From contig JBHLMN010000030.1 in the NCBI GenBank assembly GCA_048938105.1, forward strand, positions 1 to 49,867: 49,867 nt of DNA. The letters are read 5' to 3'. Every line of letters starts with the position of its first letter. The stretch's first letter is position 1. Shown piece by piece: positions 1-9,330 of this stretch. A program made the translations under genes and the position numbers. The notes under the pieces are model-generated. The model ran no database searches and had not been told where the DNA came from. It was given only the letters and a program-made list of their open reading frames with translations. The DNA comes from Promethearchaeota archaeon (GTDB lineage: Archaea; Asgardarchaeota; Heimdallarchaeia; Hodarchaeales; Hodarchaeaceae).

Positions 1-2089
1 CGTGCAGGGTGTAAGTCCCATCATCCAAGCTTCGCTGGGTAGCGGGTGTCCACGTCTGGTTATCCACGTCGACCCCTACAATATAGTACCAATAATATGT
101 CGCATCCCCAGAAAGGGAAATAGATATCATATCATTCGGATAAGTCGTGGCGATAGGTGAATCAATGGTAACAGTAGGAGGGATGGTATCCACATTGAAG
201 ATGACAGTAGCTTTACCAACGTTTCCCAATACGTCTACGGCGTCGATTGTTATATTATGACTTCCCTCGGAGAGGGTTGATATGATTGTTCCACTGGGGA
301 GAGCTGTCGTGTTTGCTTCATCATCAATATATATGGTCACCGTACTATCGGAGACACTATAGATTAAAGTGACGCTATTCTGTCTATATGTTGTTTCGGT
401 CGGACTTGTGATGTCTATTCGAATGTATCCAAGAATCAGGTAGGTCTGGCCTGCTGTCTCCGAGGGGTTAAGACCAATTCCGCCTTCCTTATTACCATAC
501 GCCCCGATCAAAATGTCATCATAGCCATCATTATTGACGTCGCCCGTGCCAGCCACGGACCATCCCGAGTAATCATCACTGTTTTCCCCAATAAAAGAGG
601 CACTGGCCGCGGACAAGTCGAGGTCCATCTGCCAGTCAGTAGTGGGCCGACCGAGGATCAGATAGGTCTGACCCGCCCTATATCCGCCTTCCCCATTCCA
701 AGTTGCCCCAATCAGAATGTCATCATAACCATCCTTATTGACATCACCTATTCCTGTCACGGAAGTTCCTGAGTGATCATCACTGTCTTCCCCAATAAAA
801 GAGGCACTGGCCGCGGACAAGTCGAGGTCCATCTGCCAGTTAGCAGTTGGCCGACCGAGGATCAGATAGGTCTGGCCCGCAAGATCTCCACCATCATCAT
901 CACCAATCGCTCCAATCAGAATGTCATTATAGCCATCCTTATTGACGTCACCTGCTCCAGCCACGGACCACCCCGACTCATCACCCCAGTCTTCCCCAAT
1001 AAAAGAGGCACTGGCCGCGGACAAGTCGAGGTCCATCTGCCAGTTAGCAGTTGGCCGACCGAGGATCAGGTAGGTTTGACCCGAAAGCCATCCGCCTTCA
1101 CTATTACCAGGCGCCCCAATTAGAATGTCATCATAGCCATCATTATTGACGTCACCCGCGCCAGCTACGGAAGTTCCCGACTGATCATCCCAGCCTTCCC
1201 CAAGAAAAGAAGCACTGGCCGCGGACAGGTCGAGGTCCATCTGCCAGTTAGCAGTTGGCCGACCGAGGATCAGATAGGTCTGGCCCGCCATAGTTCCACT
1301 TTCGTTATTATAAGGCGCCCCAATCAGAATGTCATCATAACCATCATTATTGACATCCCCCGCACCTGCCACGGACCATCCCGACTTATCACCATAGTAT
1401 TCATCCATACCTTCCCCAATAAAAGAGGCATTAGCCTCGGACAAGTCGAGAGCCATTTGCCAGTCAGTAGTGGGCCGACCGAGGATCAGATAGGTCTGGC
1501 CCGCAAGATCTCCACCATCATCATCGCCAATCGCTCCAATCAGAATGTCATCATAACCATCCTTATTGACGTCCCCCGCACCTGCCACGGACCATCCCGA
1601 GTTATCGCTACGGTTTTCCCCGATAAAAGAGGCGTCGGCCTCGGACAAGTTGAGGTCCATCTGCCAGTCAGTAGTGGGCCGACCGAGGATCAGATAGGTC
1701 TGACCTGCTCCCCTTTTCCCTTCACTCTTCTCTTTCGCAGGCGCCCCAATCAGAATATCATCATAACCATCATTATTGACGTCCCCCGCACCTGCCACAG
1801 AATAACCCGATAAATCATGACGATTCGAATCAGTAATAGCTTCCCCGATAAAAGAGGCATTGGCCTTTGACAAATTTGTATCCATGCCCCATTGCCCAAC
1901 AGAAAATTGAGGTAAATTGGGAGTGTTTTCATTAATTAAGACAATTTCCTCTTCTTGTGGTTCAATAATCGGGTCGATGGTCATGGGTGGGTTGGTACTC
2001 ATTCTTATCATAAGTAAAATTACTATCATACCTGTTATTATAATTATTTTAGGAATAATTATTTCTTTTCCAATCTTTTTTCTCAACAA
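1..2089 (-). CDS. Surface protein with 7 FG-GAP (integrin-alpha-type) repeats followed by Ig-like stalk modules; 3' end lies outside the window
   Basis: Manual translation of the minus strand: TTG at 2089 lies 6 nt after GGTGA and the frame is open to position 2. N-terminal basic plus hydrophobic segment, then 7 x (SFIGE..D.SG.SVAGAGDVN[N/K]DGYDDILIGA....AGQTYLILGRPT..WQMDLDLS), then IDITSPTETTY...YWYYIVGVDVDNQTW...DGTYTLH. Absent from the ORF track because it has no stop in the window. Confidence 0.9.
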   Translation of the reverse strand, partial: MLRKKIGKEIIIPKIIIITGMIVILLMIRMSTNPPMTIDPIIEPQEEEIVLINENTPNLPQFSVGQWGMDTNLSKANASFIGEAITDSNRHDLSGYSVAGAGDVNNDGYDDILIGAPAKEKSEGKRGAGQTYLILGRPTTDWQMDLNLSEADASFIGENRSDNSGWSVAGAGDVNKDGYDDILIGAIGDDDGGDLAGQTYLILGRPTTDWQMALDLSEANASFIGEGMDEYYGDKSGWSVAGAGDVNNDGYDDILIGAPYNNESGTMAGQTYLILGRPTANWQMDLDLSAASASFLGEGWDDQSGTSVAGAGDVNNDGYDDILIGAPGNSEGGWLSGQTYLILGRPTANWQMDLDLSAASASFIGEDWGDESGWSVAGAGDVNKDGYNDILIGAIGDDDGGDLAGQTYLILGRPTANWQMDLDLSAASASFIGEDSDDHSGTSVTGIGDVNKDGYDDILIGATWNGEGGYRAGQTYLILGRPTTDWQMDLDLSAASASFIGENSDDYSGWSVAGTGDVNNDGYDDILIGAYGNKEGGIGLNPSETAGQTYLILGYIRIDITSPTETTYRQNSVTLIYSVSDSTVTIYIDDEANTTALPSGTIISTLSEGSHNITIDAVDVLGNVGKATVIFNVDTIPPTVTIDSPIATTYPNDMISISLSGDATYYWYYIVGVDVDNQTWTPATQRSLDDGTYTLH
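440..1870 (-). repeat. Intragenic tandem repeat, 7 units of ~200-220 nt (FG-GAP blades)
   Basis: GDVNxDGYDD-encoding motif recurs near 535, 735, 940, 1145, 1350, 1565 and 1780; 785-865 is identical to 989-1069. Confidence 0.95.
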
Positions 2090-2156
2090 ATCTACTCACC
2101 TACCTTTGTTCCAACTTATTTGTAGAAATTAGGAAGATGATTATACTAGCTCTTCA

Positions 2157-2165
2157 CTTATAAAA
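2157..2165 (-). promoter_or_regulatory. Putative archaeal TATA box for the FG-GAP gene
   Basis: Minus strand reads AAAAAGTTTTTTATAAG about 70 nt upstream of the TTG; the AT-rich background limits certainty. Confidence 0.35.
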
Positions 2166-2447
2166 AACTTTTTAGTACACATTCACATCAAATCCCCCTT
2201 TTTATCAAATCTGCCATTATAATGTTGTAAATGAGAATTATTACAAAGAGATCATCTCTCCTATGTTTTAAGAAAGAATAATAATTAGAGAGGTTATTTC
2301 TGTCAAAATACTATTGTATCAATATGAATCAAAGCCAAAGATGATGATAGAACAAGCAAATTAGGACAATTATTATATAGATATTGTAGTTACAAGCGGA
2401 TGATGTCTTATTTCAAATTACTGGCAAGAAAAAGGAAGATTTGTTAA

Positions 2448-3629
2448 ATGCGAGATGTTGCTATTATTGGTGTGGGAATGGGGAGACGTTGGGGACGTTA
2501 TGATGGGTCTCTCATTGAAATGATGGCAGAAGCGTCTCTTGACGCTATTGAAGATGCAGATACAGACCAAATAGATGCTGTATTTATTGCTAATATGGGA
2601 GCTGGCCGAATTAATAATCAAACTGCTTTAGCTTCCGCTTTAATTGACTATCTGAACCTTTACCCTGCTGTTGGTGCATCAATTGAAAATGGGCCAGCAT
2701 CAGGCGGAACAGCTGCTCGTATTGGTTTTATGGCGATTGCTTCAGGGATTCATGACTGCGTAATGGTAACTGGTGGAGAAAAAATGCGGGTAGCCCCTGC
2801 ACCAGTCATTACTGATTTTATATCCACTATGTCGCATCCTGAGGCTGAATATATATATGGAATTACTTTTCCTTCTCTTGGCGCAATGTTAGCTCGTATA
2901 TATTTTGATAAATATGGAGTTACATCAGAGGATTTAGCTCGAATCGCGATTAAGAATCACAAAAACGGTTTGATGAATCCTTATGCTCATATACACCAAA
3001 AAATTACTATGGAAGGCATTCTCACCTCTCGAGAAGCCAAACTCAATAATCCCATGATTGCTGATCCCCTTCATCTATATGATGTGTGTCCTGTAACTGA
3101 TGGAGCAGCTTCAATTATATTGTGTTCTATGGACAAAGCGAATGAATTGTCCAAGAAACCTCTTATCAAGTTTGCGGGAACAGGCCAAGGTATGGATACA
3201 ATGGCGGTACATGAGCGTAAAGATCCAACTTTTCTTAAAGCAGTGAGAGATGCTTCAAAACAAGCGTTTTCAATGGCTGGGTTGAAGAAAGAGGATATAG
3301 GCTTTGCAGAAATACACAACGCGTTTGAAATATTAGAGTTAGCTGAATTGGAGTCTGCAGGATTCTTTGAACGTGGTAAAGCTCATCTTGCTGTACGCAA
3401 TGGGGAAACTGAAATCACAGGTCGCTTTCCTGTAAATCCTTCAGGGGGGTTGAAGGCTCGTGGGCACCCTGTAGGAGCAACGGGAGTAGCACAGCTTTGT
3501 GAGTTAGTTTGGCATCTTAGAGGAGAAGCAGGGGAACGCCAGATTCCTAATAACCCTGAACATGCGTATGCCGTAAATTTCGGTGGATTTGGCAATAATG
3601 TAGTTGCTACCATTTTATCAAGGGTCTAA
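2448..3629 (+). CDS. SCP-x/SCP2-type thiolase-family protein with atypical active site
   Basis: MRDVAIIGVG start, DGAASIIL, VNPSGGLKARGHPVGATG; ENGPASGG and EIHNAF stand where EAACASG and EVHDCF are usual. Confidence 0.9.
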   Translation: MRDVAIIGVGMGRRWGRYDGSLIEMMAEASLDAIEDADTDQIDAVFIANMGAGRINNQTALASALIDYLNLYPAVGASIENGPASGGTAARIGFMAIASGIHDCVMVTGGEKMRVAPAPVITDFISTMSHPEAEYIYGITFPSLGAMLARIYFDKYGVTSEDLARIAIKNHKNGLMNPYAHIHQKITMEGILTSREAKLNNPMIADPLHLYDVCPVTDGAASIILCSMDKANELSKKPLIKFAGTGQGMDTMAVHERKDPTFLKAVRDASKQAFSMAGLKKEDIGFAEIHNAFEILELAELESAGFFERGKAHLAVRNGETEITGRFPVNPSGGLKARGHPVGATGVAQLCELVWHLRGEAGERQIPNNPEHAYAVNFGGFGNNVVATILSRV

Positions 3630-3631
3630 AG

Positions 3632-3985
3632 GTGAAAATAATGGTTGAAAAAGCACCAATTGGATATAAATGTTTGAATTGTGGAGAAGTTCATTATCCC
3701 AAACATGGTCGTTGTCTTCAATGCAAACAGCGGGATTTTGAAGAAGTAGAACTTCCTTCTGAAGGTTCTCTTATTAATTATACTATTTTGAAAGCTCCAC
3801 CTACAGGTATAGAAAAATCTTCACTCATACTAGGCATCATCGATCTTGGAGAAGTCCGTTATACAGGCCAGCTGGAACTTGAACCTAAAGATATCAAGCT
3901 GGGAATGAAACTCAAGGCTGTTTGGAGTAAAGTTCGTGTAATTAATGGAAAACAAGTTTTTGGTTTTGTTTGGACGCAAATTTAA
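3632..3985 (+). CDS. DUF35 Zn-ribbon/OB-fold protein (thiolase partner)
   Basis: CLNCG...CLQC ribbon followed by OB-fold-like strands; directly after the thiolase. Likely start is ATG 3641 after GGTGA. Confidence 0.9.
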   Translation: MKIMVEKAPIGYKCLNCGEVHYPKHGRCLQCKQRDFEEVELPSEGSLINYTILKAPPTGIEKSSLILGIIDLGEVRYTGQLELEPKDIKLGMKLKAVWSKVRVINGKQVFGFVWTQI

Positions 3986-4039
3986 AGTATATTTGAAATA
4001 AAAAACAATTGCCTTAATTAATTGGAAGAAAGGAATGAA

Positions 4040-4780
4040 ATGAAACATTATCATATTAATTTATCTAAAGAAGATTTAGAGGGAGCTCAACATATGTTTA
4101 TTGTTGGTGACCCAGCAAGGACAGAATCAATCGCTAAACACTTGAAAGATCCTCAGGAAATTGCTTTCAACCGTGAGTATAGGACATTTATCGCTTACAT
4201 TGATGAAAGTCCTGTGGTTATTTCCAGCATGGGAATCGGTGGCCCATCAACTGCTATTGGGTTGGAAGAATTTGGAAGGTGCGGAATAAATACAACTATC
4301 CGCGTAGGAACGTCTGGAATTTTAAATCCTAAAGTTAAATTAGGAGATATTGTATCTGCAATTGGTGCTATTCGTGATGAGGGTACAACAAAGCAATATT
4401 TGCCTCTCGAATTTCCTGCAGTAGCTCACCCTGATGTTGTTCTAGCATTACGACAAGGAGCGTTCAGTCTGGATCTTCAAGATCGTTTTCATGAAGGAAT
4501 AGTACATTCCAAAGATGCTTTCTGGATGGAGGAACCAGAAATGATTCCTGCAAAAAAAGATACTATTGAAAGATGGGAGATTTGGAAAAGAGGAAAGACT
4601 CTTATAACCGAAATGGAAGTTTCAACCTTATTTGTTTTAGGAAGTATCAGAGGTTGGAGAACTGGGGGAATATTAGCAGCTATTGGTGACTTTAAAACTG
4701 GAGAATTGATACTGGATAAAAAAGCAGGACACATCGAGTCAATTCAGACAGCTATTGCTGGAATGAAACTACTATTGTAA
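4040..4780 (+). CDS. udp: Uridine phosphorylase / nucleoside phosphorylase (NP-I family)
   Basis: GDPAR, NREYRT, SMGIGGPS, IRVGTSG, RDEGTT, EME motifs. Confidence 0.85.
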   Translation: MKHYHINLSKEDLEGAQHMFIVGDPARTESIAKHLKDPQEIAFNREYRTFIAYIDESPVVISSMGIGGPSTAIGLEEFGRCGINTTIRVGTSGILNPKVKLGDIVSAIGAIRDEGTTKQYLPLEFPAVAHPDVVLALRQGAFSLDLQDRFHEGIVHSKDAFWMEEPEMIPAKKDTIERWEIWKRGKTLITEMEVSTLFVLGSIRGWRTGGILAAIGDFKTGELILDKKAGHIESIQTAIAGMKLLL

Positions 4781-4798
4781 TTAATATAGAAGACTGAG

Positions 4799-5452
4799 TT
4801 AGGAGTCTTTTTTTTCTCTTTTTTTACCTTTTTTATAAATGACAATCATAGAACTAATTAGGAAGACAGTAATTAGAGCGATAATAATAACTTCTGGAAT
4901 ATTCAAGAAAGGATTTGTTACACTCCCTTGTGAAATTGTTTCCCATCCTAATGAAATATCAGACTCATGGGGCCACTGATTTGGGGCCATCTCAGATTTA
5001 TCCCAATCTTTTGATTGTTCTGAGTAATAAACTATGTACTGAAGTTGCCCCTGTACTGATTCTCCGCGATTTAATGAAAATTTGGCTGCTGAAGGGACTT
5101 GTAATTGTATTAAAACATGAATTTTTGAATCAACAGTCACGAGATCATCAATATCGCATTTTAAATCGCTTTTGATTATTTCTTCGGAGGAAGTAAATCT
5201 AAGACCGACTGCTATTGAATAATAGCCATCTAAATTTGAACCAAAAGCGTTAACTTTCAAATTGATTTTGTAAGTGTATGTTGTATCAACTAAAAGGTTG
5301 ATAGAATATGAGGAGATAGTAATTTCTAATTGAGATCCGTCTGATTGTGTCCAAATTTTTGAATAAGCCGAATTTGCAACAGAATGGCTGAAGAAAGGTA
5401 ATATGAGTAAGAAAATGAATGAAATCACTAATAATAGGCTCTGTCTACTCAT
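4799..5452 (-). CDS. Hypothetical exported protein with C-terminal membrane anchor
   Basis: Likely start MSRQSLLLVISFIFLLILP (signal-like, ATG 5452); beta-rich middle; C-terminal TM followed by YKKGKKREKK. Confidence 0.7.
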   Translation of the reverse strand: MSRQSLLLVISFIFLLILPFFSHSVANSAYSKIWTQSDGSQLEITISSYSINLLVDTTYTYKINLKVNAFGSNLDGYYSIAVGLRFTSSEEIIKSDLKCDIDDLVTVDSKIHVLIQLQVPSAAKFSLNRGESVQGQLQYIVYYSEQSKDWDKSEMAPNQWPHESDISLGWETISQGSVTNPFLNIPEVIIIALITVFLISSMIVIYKKGKKREKKDS

Positions 5453-5510
5453 GTTTGACACAATATTATCAGATTGATTAGAATCATATAATTTTAACTG
5501 AAAATAAAGT

Positions 5511-5969
5511 TCAGAGTTGTGATAATATTTCATAATATACTTGACATTTAATACGAATTTGTTTTAACTGTTCATTAGTTAAACATTGAACTGAAAAAAA
5601 AGCAGAGGATGTTAAAATCTCTCTAAATGTCTCAGCTATCTCTTCCTCCTTTGTGAGAATGAATTGGGTTAATTTCTCTGCTGATTGATGGAAAACTACT
5701 AAGTAAGCAGAGCCTATTCCTTTAATTTGAAAAGCTTTAGTTAAAGCGAAAATCTCAACTTCGTCCCAAATTAAAGGTAAAAAATTCCATTCAACTTCCT
5801 CAAGATCTACAGGATCTTTCGTTGCAAGAATCTTTAAGAGTAAGTTCCAAGTCTGAATTTCTGAATGCCATGTAGACCCTGACCAAAGAATTGTAGGATT
5901 CAGTTTGTTGTGTTCTATAATCCCGAAAAATAACCCTAAATTATGATCAGGTGTATCTTCAGATATCAT
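5511..5969 (-). CDS. Hypothetical protein (possibly longin/uDENN-like alpha/beta fold)
   Basis: 152-aa ORF with normal composition; beta-beta-alpha-beta-beta-beta-alpha pattern by eye only. Confidence 0.55.
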   Translation of the reverse strand: MISEDTPDHNLGLFFGIIEHNKLNPTILWSGSTWHSEIQTWNLLLKILATKDPVDLEEVEWNFLPLIWDEVEIFALTKAFQIKGIGSAYLVVFHQSAEKLTQFILTKEEEIAETFREILTSSAFFSVQCLTNEQLKQIRIKCQVYYEILSQL

Positions 5970-6197
5970 CGCTTTCTTAATCCACGATTTATTCCTCTAA
6001 AATTAACAATGGAGGTTGAATCATTTTGATATGGTTTTTGAAGCTTTGAAGCATTGTATCTTTGTTCCATTGAAAGAGTATTATGATACTTCAAAAACTC
6101 TTTTATTTACTAATTGTGAATTATACTACACCTTTCTATAATAACCCTATCAATTAGCAAGTATAATATAGATGATAAAATTATTGAATAGAATTCA

Positions 6198-8789
6198 GTG
6201 GTTAAAATGCCGATTCCGCGTGACTTATATAAACAAGGAGCAGTTTTAGCTCTATCAATTGTAGGACTCTTTCTCTTAATCATTATTTTTTCAACCCCAA
6301 TAATGGGAATGTTTGCTCTTGGTCCAATTGTGTCTCCTGGAGGAATTTATGGTGCCTCAACAGGATCTAAGTATTCTTCTGAGACAATTACACTAGAAGG
6401 GATTGATAATAGCGTGACTATTATCCGAGACAACTGGGGTATCCCTCATATTTATGCTAAGACTCAAAAAGATGCTGCTTTTGCATTAGGTTACTGCCAT
6501 GCCTATGATCGAATGTTTCAGATGGAAATGACCGTTCGGACTGGAATGGGATTGATGTCAGAAGTTATGGGGAATAGTTCTCTTGAGGATGATATTTGGT
6601 ATGAAACAATCGGGATTGAAAAAGCTGCACAGGAAATGTTGGACACATTTGAAATAGAACGTGAATCTGATTTAATTCTCGATGCGATGTTAAATATCTT
6701 AGATGCTTACTGTGAAGGGGTGAATTACGAAATTGAACACAGAATACAGACTAAAACGTTACCAATCGAATTTCAACTCTTGAATTTCGAACCCACCCCA
6801 TGGACACCGCTTAAGATTTTTGTATATAACCGCTTAATGAGTTTAATGTTAACTTATTCAAACTATGATTTACATGCTACCATATTAAGGGATGAATTGT
6901 TCAATGGTGACTTAATTGCGATGGAAGAGGTATTTCCACTTAACCAGACGTTTTATCAAATTCCAGTTGTACCCGATTATGGTGAATATCCGCTTCCTTC
7001 AGTTTGTAAAAATAAGAATGAAATTATAGTTCAGAGTGGGGACATTGAAACCCGTTATTCAGCAATTAAGAATATTTTAGACCGTACTCCTGAAAGTGTG
7101 AAATATTTTCAACAATCATGGATAGGATCAAATAATTGGGTAGCAAATGGTACAAAAACAAAGAGCGGATACCCCATTCTTTGTAATGATATGCATCTAA
7201 GTATTGATCTCCCTCACATCTGGTATGAAGCCCATCTCGTTGCGACAGAAGATGATTGGAATATTTTTGGCTATACGCTAACAGGTACACCAGTTGTAGT
7301 TGTTGGTTACAACACACATATAGCGTGGGGTTTTACTAACGTTGGACCAGATGGAGTAGACTGGTACGAATATGTGTGGAATAATAAAGGCGAATATTGG
7401 AATGGTTCAAAGTGGTTGCTTCCAATAGAAAGGAAAGTCACTATTCCTGTAAAGGGAATTGGAAATCACACAGCTACAATCAAATACACACAGGAAGGAG
7501 TGATTATGGATGAAGAAAAGGGAAAATCACTGATAGCTATGAGGTGGACAGCTACAGAAGAACCAACCTATGAAATCAAGGCATTATATGGTGCAAATAA
7601 AGCCAAGAATTGGGCGGAATTTAATGAATCAATGCAATGGTTCCATGATCCACCTCAGAATGTTGTTTTTGCTGATTCCAAAGGTACCATTGCTTTGAGA
7701 CCAACAGGGAGGTACGTAAAGAGAAATTTTACAGAAGGTCAGCTTGCTCGATTTGTCCAAAATGGCTCTGATCCTAAAGTCAATAAGGATTGGGAATATA
7801 TTCCTTTCCATGATCTTCCTTATTCAAAAGATCCCCCACAGTGTTATCTAGCTTCTGCCAATCAAAAATCCACAGGTCCTGAATATCAATATTATATAAG
7901 TAGCACCCAAGCTGCAGGATATCGCGGGAGAAGTATCAATCGCTGGTTGAGTGAGGCTGCTGATGGATCTATCGATGTTGATTTTATGAAAGACGCTCAA
8001 TGTGGTGATAGGGGTATATTTGATACTTGTTCCGAAGCTTTTACTCCGTTCTTTATTACTGCAATTGAAAATACAGGAGAAACACTTTCAACCACAGCAA
8101 CAGCTGCATTTGCTGAATTAAAATCATGGAGTGAGAGTGATGAGAAGTATCTCATGAAACATGAACTTATAGGTCCGACAATTTTTTATGAAACCTTTTC
8201 CCGGTTCAAAGATCTTGTGTGGAACGATGAATATGAGGAAGCTGAAATACTGGGTGTGGCATCAAAACCTCAAGATAATACGTTAGAATATCTTGTACGT
8301 ACAAATCCAGATTCAGATTGGTTTGACAATAAGACAACTGCTGCGGTTGAAGACAGGGATGATATAATGGTTGAAGCATTTATCCAAGCTGTGAAATACT
8401 TAGAAGGTGAATTTGGTTCTGAAGCAGATGACAACTGGAACTGGGGTGAATATCATCGAATGTATTTCAACCACCTAGGAGGAATTCCATCGTTAGGAAA
8501 AGGATCACATCCTCATGATGGTTCAGGTTACACACTTCTAGCAGCAGGTGGTCGTCGAGTAGGGGGTGGCCCCAGTGAACGAATGGTCGTTGATTTTGGT
8601 AATATTACTGAAAGTTGGAGTGTTATCCCAGGCGGAGTCAGCGGTAATCCAGCTAGTTCCCATTATGCTGATCAAGCTCTTGAATTATGGATGAAAGGAG
8701 AATATCACCTAATGTTAATCGAATATAAAACTGTTGCGGAATTCCCCAAGGAGTACCTTGAAGCCATAGTGGTTCTAAAGCCAAAGTAA
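6198..8789 (+). CDS. Penicillin acylase family (peptidase S45, Ntn-hydrolase), N-terminally membrane-anchored
   Basis: RDNWGIPHIYA, LGYCHAYDRMFQM, autoprocessing GSNNW, NDMHL, SANQ, GGVSGNPASSHYADQ. Confidence 0.93.
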   Translation: MVKMPIPRDLYKQGAVLALSIVGLFLLIIIFSTPIMGMFALGPIVSPGGIYGASTGSKYSSETITLEGIDNSVTIIRDNWGIPHIYAKTQKDAAFALGYCHAYDRMFQMEMTVRTGMGLMSEVMGNSSLEDDIWYETIGIEKAAQEMLDTFEIERESDLILDAMLNILDAYCEGVNYEIEHRIQTKTLPIEFQLLNFEPTPWTPLKIFVYNRLMSLMLTYSNYDLHATILRDELFNGDLIAMEEVFPLNQTFYQIPVVPDYGEYPLPSVCKNKNEIIVQSGDIETRYSAIKNILDRTPESVKYFQQSWIGSNNWVANGTKTKSGYPILCNDMHLSIDLPHIWYEAHLVATEDDWNIFGYTLTGTPVVVVGYNTHIAWGFTNVGPDGVDWYEYVWNNKGEYWNGSKWLLPIERKVTIPVKGIGNHTATIKYTQEGVIMDEEKGKSLIAMRWTATEEPTYEIKALYGANKAKNWAEFNESMQWFHDPPQNVVFADSKGTIALRPTGRYVKRNFTEGQLARFVQNGSDPKVNKDWEYIPFHDLPYSKDPPQCYLASANQKSTGPEYQYYISSTQAAGYRGRSINRWLSEAADGSIDVDFMKDAQCGDRGIFDTCSEAFTPFFITAIENTGETLSTTATAAFAELKSWSESDEKYLMKHELIGPTIFYETFSRFKDLVWNDEYEEAEILGVASKPQDNTLEYLVRTNPDSDWFDNKTTAAVEDRDDIMVEAFIQAVKYLEGEFGSEADDNWNWGEYHRMYFNHLGGIPSLGKGSHPHDGSGYTLLAAGGRRVGGGPSERMVVDFGNITESWSVIPGGVSGNPASSHYADQALELWMKGEYHLMLIEYKTVAEFPKEYLEAIVVLKPK

Positions 8790-8799
8790 GGTGAAGAAA

Positions 8800-9255
8800 A
8801 TGAGCGAAACTACTCTTGAATTTGATATTCGCAGAATATTGCAATATCCACGATCAATTGCATTTATCATAGCCTTAATCGGTGTGATAGTTATTGACCT
8901 TACTATTGCTTCTTCCTTACCCTTTTGGTTAATTCCATTAATTTTCGGAATAATTGGTGGAATCATCATTGGATCTGCATCTGCTGGTTTATTTACTGGA
9001 CTAGGAACGTTAGCTGGACGAGTTGTATCCATTTTAATCATGACTCTTACAACACCTGGATTAATGGAAACACTAAATTATTTTCTGGCAGCTATAGGGG
9101 ATGTTTTAGGAGCCCCTCTACCTCCAGGTTCTGTCGTAATAATTTTACTATCTAGCATCATTTGTGGATTGTTCGGATTGCTCGGAGGTCTTATAGGTGG
9201 ATCAGCGACAGAAATTACTAAGATTCTATTAGAGGAGAGAAAAGAAGGAGATTGA
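8800..9255 (+). CDS. Small Gly-rich integral membrane protein (about 4 TM)
   Basis: Hydrophobic segments with GxxxG; GGTGA 5 nt before ATG 8800; follows the acylase by 10 nt. Confidence 0.75.
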   Translation: MSETTLEFDIRRILQYPRSIAFIIALIGVIVIDLTIASSLPFWLIPLIFGIIGGIIIGSASAGLFTGLGTLAGRVVSILIMTLTTPGLMETLNYFLAAIGDVLGAPLPPGSVVIILLSSIICGLFGLLGGLIGGSATEITKILLEERKEGD

Positions 9256-9330
9256 TTCTCTTTTCTCGTTCTATTTTCTTAAATTTCCACTCAAATCTGG
9301 ATTAAGTCAGATAAAAAGAGAGACTGCAAT

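Noticed and set aside
440-1870. Repeats with variable inserts as a CRISPR array or DGR template/variable pair
   Set aside because: Period is ~204 nt and in frame within a protein; no cas genes or reverse transcriptase in the window; differences are not adenine-specific.
773-2132. Plus-strand ORFs 773-1123, 1457-1813, 1917-2132 and minus ORF 1750-1932
   Set aside because: Antisense or off-frame shadows of the FG-GAP gene.
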